Positions 31,505-39,112 of a stretch of DNA of 63,688 bases are shown piece by piece. Made by a program: the position numbers and the translations under genes. A model generated the notes under the pieces. It was not told the origin of the DNA. It ran no database searches and saw only the letters and a program-made list of their open reading frames with translations. The DNA is from a virus (taxonomy: Duplodnaviria; Caudoviricetes), in the IMG/VR virus record IMGVR_UViG_3300027365_000013, positions 1-63,688 of that record; one strand, given 5' to 3'. Position 1 is the stretch's first letter, and every line of letters starts with the position of its first letter.

Positions 31505-31783
31505 ATGACTACTCAAGTACAAGCTACTCGTTCTGTTGGTCGTCCCCTGTCCAAGCGTGGCCGTAGCGCCAAACGTGCCGTAGAGAAGTTTCTGGAACAG
31601 CACGAAGGTCAGTTCACTGCCGCTGATGTACGTCGTGTGGCGAAGCAGTCCAAGGTTACTGTACGTAACCGCCTCAACGCTCTTCTCGCGGCTGGTGCTA
31701 TCAAACAGGTAGCGAGCGTTCCGGTACAGAAGGCCGGTAAGGCAAGCCGTGGTCGCCCACTGGCGGTATACGAAAAAGCCTGA
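31505..31783 (+). CDS. Early winged-HTH protein with AT-hook-like GRP motifs (copy 2)
   Basis: 95 bp (31580-31674) differ by one base from the reverse complement of 26488-26582. Confidence 0.75.
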   Translation: MTTQVQATRSVGRPLSKRGRSAKRAVEKFLEQHEGQFTAADVRRVAKQSKVTVRNRLNALLAAGAIKQVASVPVQKAGKASRGRPLAVYEKA

Positions 31784-31800
31784 GTTCAAGGAATGGAAGA

Positions 31801-31830
31801 ATAAAAAGGAGCCTTAAGGCTCCTTTTTAT
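31801..31830. terminator. Perfect 30-bp palindrome between convergent genes
   Basis: ataaaaaggagcctt|aaggctcctttttat. Confidence 0.75.
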
Positions 31831-32579
31831 ATTAACCAAAAACCATTATAGGGAAATGTTATTATTTCAATGTCCTCACCAACTGCCTTGATATCCTCGA
31901 CCTTTTTAAGACCATCTACATAAAACTTCACGTCTTTGTAGTAATTCTCCCATATTTCCTTTACTTGTCCGTATAGTTCCTCACGTTTGTTTATTCCTTT
32001 AAACCCTTTTGAATCCAAAAATTCATCAATCATCTTAGTTGACAATTCCATGACACTATTAACAAAATTTTCATAATCTATTTCACTGGCATGGTCTTTT
32101 AAATAGTTCGTGTACCGTCCACGAGGTATGCCTACAGAATTATAAACATTTTCAAATATAAGACTCATACTTGATTCTATGGCTCGATTCAGTTTTTTGC
32201 CTTTACTACCACCTTGTAAAGAATGTACTGTGAAATCTTCAACTTCAGGGTTGTAATACATCTCATATCCATCGTTAGGTACAAATCTATATACTTCAGT
32301 GCCGAATACCTCCGCATTATGCTTACTTTTTGTTGAAAAGATTCCCTGACGTACATTCACACCAAGTTTTTTCTTGGACAAATAATTAGTTAAATTATGA
32401 AGAACGACAAAAGTGTCTCTCGGGGTTCTTTTATTAGTTTCAAATTCATGAAACCCTCTAGGGGTTGGTGAGGTTATAGATACTGGATTAGCACCAATAT
32501 AAAGTGATGATATTCCATATTCTTTCACAAATTGTGAATTACTTGGATCGGGTGAATCTTTTAAGTCAGATATTTTCAT
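31827..32579 (-). CDS. Late protein of the ART-like paralog family (start MKISDLKD)
   Basis: RTPRDT...HN...GVNVR..IFST...YRFVPNDGY...EII; TATAAATA at 32611-32618. Confidence 0.6.
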   Translation of the reverse strand: MKISDLKDSPDPSNSQFVKEYGISSLYIGANPVSITSPTPRGFHEFETNKRTPRDTFVVLHNLTNYLSKKKLGVNVRQGIFSTKSKHNAEVFGTEVYRFVPNDGYEMYYNPEVEDFTVHSLQGGSKGKKLNRAIESSMSLIFENVYNSVGIPRGRYTNYLKDHASEIDYENFVNSVMELSTKMIDEFLDSKGFKGINKREELYGQVKEIWENYYKDVKFYVDGLKKVEDIKAVGEDIEIITFPYNGFWLI

Positions 32580-32602
32580 ATGAATAGCGTCCTTTGTATA
32601 TC

Positions 32603-32618
32603 GATAAATATATTTATA
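32603..32618. promoter_or_regulatory. Abutting late-promoter motifs GATAAATA (+) and TATAAATA (-)
   Basis: gataaata|tatttata between divergent genes. Confidence 0.55.
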
Positions 32619-32633
32619 ACTTAAGGGGGTATA

Positions 32634-33038
32634 ATGAGCAAGGTTCTTGAAGGCAATATAATTAAGAAAGCGAATGCCAAACAATCGTATACAAAAGAAC
32701 AAATTGAAGAACTTCGAAAGTGTAGTGCCGCTAAGAAAGACGGCCACTACTATTTTATGGAAAACTTCGGATATTTAAAACATACTTCAAAAGGTAAAGT
32801 GTTATTCAAGCCGTTCGACTACCAGCGCAAGCTGATTGATAACTATCATAATTACCGCTTTAGTATCAATATGTTAGGTCGTCAAATGGGAAAATGCAGT
32901 TGTGGAGATACCACCATTACTGTACGTAACAAAACTACAGGGGAGATCAGAAATATAAGCATTGAAGAGTTTTTAAACATCATAGAGGCTGACGATGATA
33001 ACACCAATATTTACCCGAGAAGATATAAACACACTTAA
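32634..33038 (+). CDS. terL: Terminase large subunit N-terminal fragment (87 aa) fused to a split intein N-part (47 aa, Cys1 at 32895)
   Basis: gp17-like KKAN...EELRKC...YF.ENF...F.PFDYQ...GRQMGK (Walker A), then CSCGDTTITVRNK.TGE...I.IEEF (intein block A), then stop. Confidence 0.85.
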   Translation: MSKVLEGNIIKKANAKQSYTKEQIEELRKCSAAKKDGHYYFMENFGYLKHTSKGKVLFKPFDYQRKLIDNYHNYRFSINMLGRQMGKCSCGDTTITVRNKTTGEIRNISIEEFLNIIEADDDNTNIYPRRYKHT

Positions 33039-34305
33039 TCATTTCAATAATACGTACCAAAAGTATAACCCTGTTAAGCACGAGGATTACAACAAGGTGA
33101 ACGCTATTATAGATAATACGGGTCTTGTTCCTTCCGAGATAACATTCAAGAAAAAGCTTGAGTTCATCTTAGACGTTATTAACGGCACTGCTGAAATCGA
33201 CAAATTCTATAGCGACTGTTACATTTGTAACAAGAACTTCAAAAAAGCCAAGTCATCGTCCTTCATATGTGGGGAGTGTAAGGCCCAAGACCTTCAGTAC
33301 TGTAAAAAACACCATTACATACATGGTATGTTTGGTTATTCAACCTGCTTGCAGTGCGACGTTGAGAAATCTCACAAGAAGTTTCAGGACAAAGAGCCTG
33401 TTACTGATTACGTAGAATGTAAATTTTGTGGGTTGCGGTCAGGTGACTTAGCAAGACATTATCAAAAGGTACATGGATTAAACAAAAGCCAGTACGCCAA
33501 GCTTCCCGTTAAAAAGTCATCTACTATAGATAAGATGAAAGGTAAGAATAACCCTTCTTACGATCATGGCGGTCGCTACTCACCAATGAGTAAAAAATTT
33601 GTAAAGTATCAGGGCATGAATGAGAAGGATGTTGAAGATAGTATCCTGAATATATACGAGAAGTGCACTCAGTCCCGTAAGGAAAATAATAGTAACAACA
33701 CCACACTAGATTACTACTTATCGAAAGGAATGTCACCGGAAGAAGCTCGGGAAGCTCTCAGTGAGCGACAGGCGACATTTAGTATAGACAAATGCATAAA
33801 GCGTCACGGAGAAGAAAAAGGCTTAGAAATATGGGGGAATCGCCAAGAGAAATGGTTGGGTACGCTTAATAGTAAAACAGATGAAGAAAAAGACAAATTA
33901 TATAAAAAGCGTGTGTCTAATTTCATTTACGACCGAGACAAGTTTAACTGTGATATTGACGGAATGTTCTACATTCTTGAAATTAACTATGGTGGACGAA
34001 AAGGTATCAAGATTGGCATCACTACTCAAGATGTTGAGAAAAGATACGGGAGAGTTATTATCAATCGTATGGTTAGTACTAAGTATACATATAAGACCGA
34101 CATTCAAACTGCGTTTCGACTCGAACAGCTTTTAAAAGAAAAATTTAAAAAACACATCATTAAAAAGGAAGATCGTATTGTACCATTTGGTTGGACAGAA
34201 ACTTTCACATATGATATTTGGGATGAACTACTAGGTTACTACAATGAAATGATTCGTGATTATAGCACTATCGAGGATATGTTTAAAAGAGTATTTTTAA
34301 ACTAG
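32995..34305 (+). CDS. Free-standing homing endonuclease-like protein (Zn fingers, NUMOD3-like, C-terminal GIY-YIG-like)
   Basis: Multiple CxxC, a C2H2, KGKNNPSY, FYILE...KIGIT...KRY...LEQ...GWTETF; follows the terL-IntN. Confidence 0.65.
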   Translation: MITPIFTREDINTLNHFNNTYQKYNPVKHEDYNKVNAIIDNTGLVPSEITFKKKLEFILDVINGTAEIDKFYSDCYICNKNFKKAKSSSFICGECKAQDLQYCKKHHYIHGMFGYSTCLQCDVEKSHKKFQDKEPVTDYVECKFCGLRSGDLARHYQKVHGLNKSQYAKLPVKKSSTIDKMKGKNNPSYDHGGRYSPMSKKFVKYQGMNEKDVEDSILNIYEKCTQSRKENNSNNTTLDYYLSKGMSPEEAREALSERQATFSIDKCIKRHGEEKGLEIWGNRQEKWLGTLNSKTDEEKDKLYKKRVSNFIYDRDKFNCDIDGMFYILEINYGGRKGIKIGITTQDVEKRYGRVIINRMVSTKYTYKTDIQTAFRLEQLLKEKFKKHIIKKEDRIVPFGWTETFTYDIWDELLGYYNEMIRDYSTIEDMFKRVFLN

Positions 34306-34333
34306 GTACTTTTACTTTTTAGAAATAGTAAAA

Positions 34334-34363
34334 AAAATAAGAGAGGTATACCTCTCTTATTTT
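34334..34363. terminator. Perfect 30-bp palindrome between convergent genes
   Basis: aaaataagagaggta|tacctctcttatttt. Confidence 0.75.
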
Positions 34364-34377
34364 ATCTAGTTATTCTT

Positions 34378-34605
34378 TCACTGTTTTGTGAAGTCGAAGA
34401 CCGCGCCGTACTCATCGTAGCACAGAAGCTTCTTGGTGTAGGTTGAGCCGTCTTTATAGGCGGTGATAGCCATTGGCTGCAAACCTTGTTGCTTGCACAT
34501 ATTCTTAATGGCGTTATATTGGCCATAAGACATGCGACCAGTGCTACTACAACCACCCAGTACAAGTACTACACTCAGAACTGCGGTAATAATAATCTTT
34601 TTCAT
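34378..34605 (-). CDS. Small lipoprotein
   Basis: MKK + hydrophobic stretch + LGGC lipobox. Confidence 0.75.
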   Translation of the reverse strand: MKKIIITAVLSVVLVLGGCSSTGRMSYGQYNAIKNMCKQQGLQPMAITAYKDGSTYTKKLLCYDEYGAVFDFTKQ

Positions 34606-34644
34606 AACAATACCCCTGTATTTCGTAGTTAAAGTAAGTATACT

Positions 34645-35559
34645 CTAAGCATTAAACGCTGTCAAGTCACCGTCGTATAACATTTTAATTACATCATTTT
34701 CGCTATAATCTTTATATCCTTTGCTAACTAGATAAGTAAGGATATTCGCAGTACTAACCAGTACAAACTGATCGGCATGAATCATAAGTTCATTAGGCTT
34801 TTTTGTCATTGAGTTGATGTCTTCATGTTTATGGACTATTTTATATTTTGAAGCTTCTTGACGAATATGCTTTTCAGCCATACTTAATGTTTTATCAAGC
34901 AAGGATTTGTACTTTTCTTTCGATGCGAGAAACTTTACATCCTTTCCTAATATTTGTTTCGCTGACGTTTCAAATACGCCTATAAATGTGTCTATGTTTG
35001 GAAAATCTTTTTGTTTTAACCAAGAATCTTTCGGAAGTAGATTGAATATAAGTCTTGGTACTACATCAGCCCGGACTTTTACATGATCATCGCTTGTTTC
35101 TACATAATCTTCTATAAAATCGACATACATTTTTTCGATTTCACCGCCGTTTAAGTAGTCTCTGACGAGTATGTACATATCAGATACGGTATCTGATGTC
35201 GCTATTTTATACCCATCGAACGGAAACACTACATAGTAGCTAGAAGTATAGTCTCTATAATAAGTAAATAATGCATTGCTTCTAAAGCGTTCTCCAAGTT
35301 CTTTATTAAGAGCATCATCCATTATGTTGTGAAAGTATCGTGGTGTATCTGTTGGTTCACGGTCTTTCTTATTTTCAACTACCTTGAATATTCCATCGAA
35401 CAATCGTCTACTACTGTGTCTGAATTTTCCTTCAACACCACGACTATAGAAGTTTTTATAAATGTCTTTACAATTATTACGTAAAATGTTAGAGAGATTT
35501 TTCATTTCAGAGTATATATCATCACTATCTTCTTCTTTCAAGAGATCATATATCTTCAT
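34645..35559 (-). CDS. Late protein of the ART-like paralog family
   Basis: REPTDTP..HN...GERFRSNALFT...YVVFPFDGY...NELMI; leader MKIYDLLKE; TATAAATA at 35579-35586. Confidence 0.6.
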   Translation of the reverse strand: MKIYDLLKEEDSDDIYSEMKNLSNILRNNCKDIYKNFYSRGVEGKFRHSSRRLFDGIFKVVENKKDREPTDTPRYFHNIMDDALNKELGERFRSNALFTYYRDYTSSYYVVFPFDGYKIATSDTVSDMYILVRDYLNGGEIEKMYVDFIEDYVETSDDHVKVRADVVPRLIFNLLPKDSWLKQKDFPNIDTFIGVFETSAKQILGKDVKFLASKEKYKSLLDKTLSMAEKHIRQEASKYKIVHKHEDINSMTKKPNELMIHADQFVLVSTANILTYLVSKGYKDYSENDVIKMLYDGDLTAFNA

Positions 35560-35641
35560 ATGTCATCCTTTTTGATATTATTTATAGTTGAATTGTATAT
35601 GTAGGGTTGATATAATATACTAAATATAAAGGAGTGATGAT

Positions 35642-35818
35642 ATGTGTACTGAGAACAAATCATGGGTTGAAACGTTCCGAGAAGTTATGAGCCGGGAATT
35701 GCCACCGAGAAATACAGACTTCAATGTGGCATTCTTTGTAAAACCGCCAAGTGAAAACGAGGTGAATGAGCTTCTAAAAGAGCTTGATAATTTGGAAAAA
35801 GAAATTGCAAAAAAATAA
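35642..35818 (+). CDS. Small hypothetical protein (58 aa, below the ORF-track cutoff)
   Basis: AAGGAG RBS, ATG at 35642, TAA inside the downstream terminator. Confidence 0.55.
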   Translation: MCTENKSWVETFREVMSRELPPRNTDFNVAFFVKPPSENEVNELLKELDNLEKEIAKK

Positions 35819-35843
35819 AAGAGGGTCTAGACCCTCTTTTATT
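35814..35843. terminator. Perfect 30-bp palindrome between convergent genes
   Basis: aataaaagagggtct|agaccctcttttatt. Confidence 0.75.
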
Positions 35844-36063
35844 AGATCATGCTCTTAACTTGCTCAAGGCTTCCGACCAGTTGAACATTGTCTTTGAAGA
35901 CAACGGGTACTGAGCGAACAGGTGTTTCACATTTATCAATAAGATCTTCTCGTGAAATATCTTTACCAACCATGAAATACTTGTATTCAATGTCATTGTT
36001 TTCAAGATACATTTTCATTTGATCACATTGTGGGCAATTTTCTTTTCCATATACTTCTATCAT
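35842..36063 (-). CDS. Glutaredoxin (NrdC/NrdH-like)
   Basis: VYGK..CPQC...SVP.VF; directly after nrdB. Confidence 0.85.
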   Translation of the reverse strand: MIEVYGKENCPQCDQMKMYLENNDIEYKYFMVGKDISREDLIDKCETPVRSVPVVFKDNVQLVGSLEQVKSMI

Positions 36064-36107
36064 TTTTATTTTCCTCTTTGTAAGTGTTAATGTAAAATTA
36101 TTAATAA

Positions 36108-36607
36108 TCAATCGTCTTGTATGCCAAGATCGAATCCTTTGAATGTTTTTTCTGTCACATCGTTTTTGATACCACCAACAATGTATTCAGTCTTTTCTTT
36201 CTCTTGCGGTGCGTCCTGACTAGAGTCTGCCGAGATCCACGCATTAACCCAAGGTAGTGGGTGTGATTTAGGATACTCAAAATCAACATCTAAGCCAATG
36301 GCTCTCATACGCTTATTAGTCAGATAATCAACGAATTGCTTCAAGATTTCAGCATTTAGGCCAAGAATAGAACCTTTGTAAAATAAATACTCGGCCCAAT
36401 CTTTTTCTTGGTCACGTACATTAAGCATTATTTGTCTACATTCATCCTTTTCTCGTTCGGCAATTTTAATAAAATCTTTATCATCTTTTGGAAGCGTTTT
36501 AATAAGCCATTGTGTGAATCCTAAGTGAAGATTCTCGTCACGACATATTAGACGAATAATATCAGCATTACCTACCATAAGATCATTCTCGGCGAACGCC
36601 CATGAAC
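36108..36607 (-). CDS. nrdB: Ribonucleotide reductase beta subunit, exon 2
   Basis: SWAF...GNA.II.LI.RDE.LH...APQE.E..Y; joins exon 1 in frame (GCA T|GT TCA) to give ~370 aa. Confidence 0.9.
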
Positions 36608-37648
36608 CGTTACATTCATACATGATCGCAAAACATGTACCGCTTTTATAAGCTGCTGTGTCTTTCGACACAGACTAGACTATATCACAATCCCCTCGGG
36701 ATTCTCTGTGTTTCCAACACCATAGGCTTGTGTTGTACTCCCTTGCGGGATAGTCGTTGAACACCATACTATAAGTATTTCCAATAATATCCTTTATACA
36801 TTTTCTCATTAGATATTTTTCTATAAATTGTGGTTTTATAATCTGGGTTTTCATTTAATACATCTTTAACCGAGTCATACACTTTAGTGGTCGATGTAGT
36901 AGGGCACACTCTCAAAACTTTCTTACTACATACCAGCTTAGCTCGATTTGATAATTCAGTTTGAAGTTTTGTGCATTGAAAATGGTGTGTGCCTTCCTGA
37001 ATTCGTTTCTTAGACGAATCACCACCAATACTTGTTCCATCAGGTCTCTTTTGAAGAACATGACATCCAAGCCTAACCTGTTTCATGCTTCGTTCACGAT
37101 GCCACTCATGATCTAAAAACAAATGAGTTCCTTCCGCTAAACGTTTCAGGTTGGTACTTCGTTGTATAGAACCGCCCTGTAAATGATGCTTTCCCTGTCT
37201 TACCAACTCTTGTTGTGTTTCCGATGTCTTTTTACGACACTTTTCCTTTGCTATTTGGTATTTTTCAGGATTTCTCATTCTCCACGCTATCAATAATGCT
37301 GCTTTGAACTGTCCTTCGCGCATATGAATCCAATAATGTTCTTCTATTGAAACACATATTAAGTTAGTAATGTCGTTATTGGTTCTATCTCCATCAACAT
37401 AATGTATTTCGTATGTTCTACCAAATTCATCTACCGGAATTTTACCGTAATGTTTTTCCCAGATTTTTCGCCACATGTTTTCTATACTTATATTATAATG
37501 CTGCTGATTACCCAATTCCTTAACTTTTTAAAACCTTCACGATTACCTATTAAGTTGCGTTGTGGTATAAGGACTCTAAGGGTGTTCCAGCAATTAACAG
37601 AGTTATTCAATACTGCTTACACAGTAAGGGCACCTTCATTTTCATTTG
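36608..37648 (-). mobile_element. Group I intron (1041 nt) in nrdB
   Basis: P AATTGCTGGAA, Q AATCAGCAG, R GTTCAACGACTA, S GATATAGTCTA; 5' exon GCAU pairs with IGS GUGC (U-G wobble); P10 AUGAA pairs with exon 2 UUCAU; ends in omega-G. Confidence 0.9.
36769..37515 (-). CDS. Intron-encoded HNH homing endonuclease (possibly inactive; start may be MWRKIW)
   Basis: EIHYVDG...NN...NL..VS..EH..IH followed by G.H.[FL] repeats. Confidence 0.75.
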   Translation of the reverse strand: MGNQQHYNISIENMWRKIWEKHYGKIPVDEFGRTYEIHYVDGDRTNNDITNLICVSIEEHYWIHMREGQFKAALLIAWRMRNPEKYQIAKEKCRKKTSETQQELVRQGKHHLQGGSIQRSTNLKRLAEGTHLFLDHEWHRERSMKQVRLGCHVLQKRPDGTSIGGDSSKKRIQEGTHHFQCTKLQTELSNRAKLVCSKKVLRVCPTTSTTKVYDSVKDVLNENPDYKTTIYRKISNEKMYKGYYWKYL

Positions 37649-38261
37649 ATGCAAAACTTACATAAAATCGTAGCCCTTCTAGAGCATTAATTGCATGTAA
37701 ACATTTCCATAAAGACTCTTTATGATCATATGAATTGACTTTCATACCTGACATAAGTTCGGCATTTTTATAAATCAAATCATTATAATAACGAGCAATT
37801 TCAGCCGCTGCAAAATTAATCTCATAGTCATCCTTCATAGTATCAAAGACTTCACTTGGATCATTATATATATTTCGAATGATATGAGAATAACTACGAC
37901 TATGGATAGACCCTTCAAAGTAGTTCCATGTATTAATAAACGATTCTACTTCAGGTAATGATACGATTGGTAGTAATGTCAATGCTGGACCACGACCTTG
38001 AATAGAATCGAGCATAATCTGACGCTTCAGATTAGACGTAAAAATATGCTGACCAGCTTCAGAAACTTGTTTACGAAAGTCGCTGGAATCTTTGGTCAAA
38101 TCAACCTCTTCTGGAACCCACGAATAACCAATATGTGTTTTGTTCATACGATCAACCTTTGGATATTTCATAACATCAAAGCGTTGAATATCTACGTCCT
38201 CATCAAAAAATATTTTTTGATCTATATGTTTTTTCGATTGCGATTTATATATACTTTTCAT
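37649..38261 (-). CDS. nrdB: Ribonucleotide reductase beta subunit, exon 1
   Basis: W.PEEVDL..D, NLKRQ..LDSIQGR, E..IHSRSY.HI, LEG.RFYVSFA. Confidence 0.9.
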
Positions 38262-38285
38262 TTTTTTTTACCTCTTTGTTAAAAA

Positions 38286-38477
38286 TCAACCTTCATCAAT
38301 CAATATCCCTTTTCTAAAAACCTTTATGTTTCTACCTCGCTGTAGTCTCAGCGGATCACGGGATATTATTTCCCAACCATTAGCAAGGAACTCATCAACT
38401 AATGAGCGTTTATCAACTTGTGTTCTTCGTTCTAATGAATTATTTTTATAATCATCATCATTAATACATTCATTCAT
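38286..38477 (-). CDS. Small hypothetical protein
   Basis: GGAG upstream of MNECIND. Confidence 0.5.
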   Translation of the reverse strand: MNECINDDDYKNNSLERRTQVDKRSLVDEFLANGWEIISRDPLRLQRGRNIKVFRKGILIDEG

Positions 38478-38518
38478 ATTACAACATACTCCAAATCTGT
38501 AAAGAGTTAGTTGTGTGC

Positions 38519-39052
38519 TTATAGCACACAACTCTCACAATGATCATCATCTTCATCTTGAGTAGTCATATCAGAAGATTGGTTTTCAACCATGTCTTCC
38601 CTAAACTCAGTTACTTCATCATTAGTGTTAATATAGTAACGAGTTTTATGACCCAGAGCATAAGCATAAAGCATATCTTCCATAAGAACACTCATTGGAA
38701 TTTCATTATCTTCATAATGATTTGGGTTATAAGACAGGTTCACACTGATAGCTTGGTCTGTGAATTTTTGTATAACCGCCATTATTTCGATATAACCTTT
38801 ATTACTTTTAATATCCCATAACAGGTCGTACTTATTTTTAAGTTTTTGGAAACTTGGTACGACAATTGGAAGACGTTTATCGCGATTCTTTTTAACGGTG
38901 ATTAAGTTACGTACTGGTTCTACACCATTTGTGGAATTGTGACTAACACAGCCGTTTGGTAAAACATAACTATGAGTGCCATCCACGCCACCTACTTCGA
39001 TATCAAATGTTGGGGTTTTCTTCACATTCCTCTTAATGCTTTTGACTTTCAT
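38519..39052 (-). CDS. nrdA: NrdA fragment 3: split intein IntC (39 aa) + C-terminal extein (138 aa)
   Basis: TFDIEV...HSYVL.NG.VSHN|STNGVEP...KT.YY...CESC. Confidence 0.9.
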   Translation of the reverse strand: MKVKSIKRNVKKTPTFDIEVGGVDGTHSYVLPNGCVSHNSTNGVEPVRNLITVKKNRDKRLPIVVPSFQKLKNKYDLLWDIKSNKGYIEIMAVIQKFTDQAISVNLSYNPNHYEDNEIPMSVLMEDMLYAYALGHKTRYYINTNDEVTEFREDMVENQSSDMTTQDEDDDHCESCVL

Positions 39053-39112
39053 CGAACTCTCCTATTATTTTAATTATTTCTTTTAAAAACTTTCAGTTTT
39101 TCATAGGGGGCA

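Noticed and set aside
31406-31789. Antisense ORFs over the duplicated wHTH genes (also 26445-26873) and other short opposite-strand ORFs
   Set aside because: Shadow frames with no motifs or RBS, overlapping well-supported genes.
32580-32747. Extended start of the 306-aa minus-strand ORF
   Set aside because: It overlaps terL on the opposite strand; the late promoter and leader support the start at 32579.
32995-33038. terL-IntN and the endonuclease as one frameshifted contiguous intein
   Set aside because: The downstream ORF has no intein C-terminal block or TerL sequence, so a frameshift would not restore the gene.
36608-36671. N-terminus MSKDTAAY... of the 187-aa ORF, suggesting a split nrdB protein
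   Set aside because: This is intron 3' sequence; RNA splicing restores the frame.
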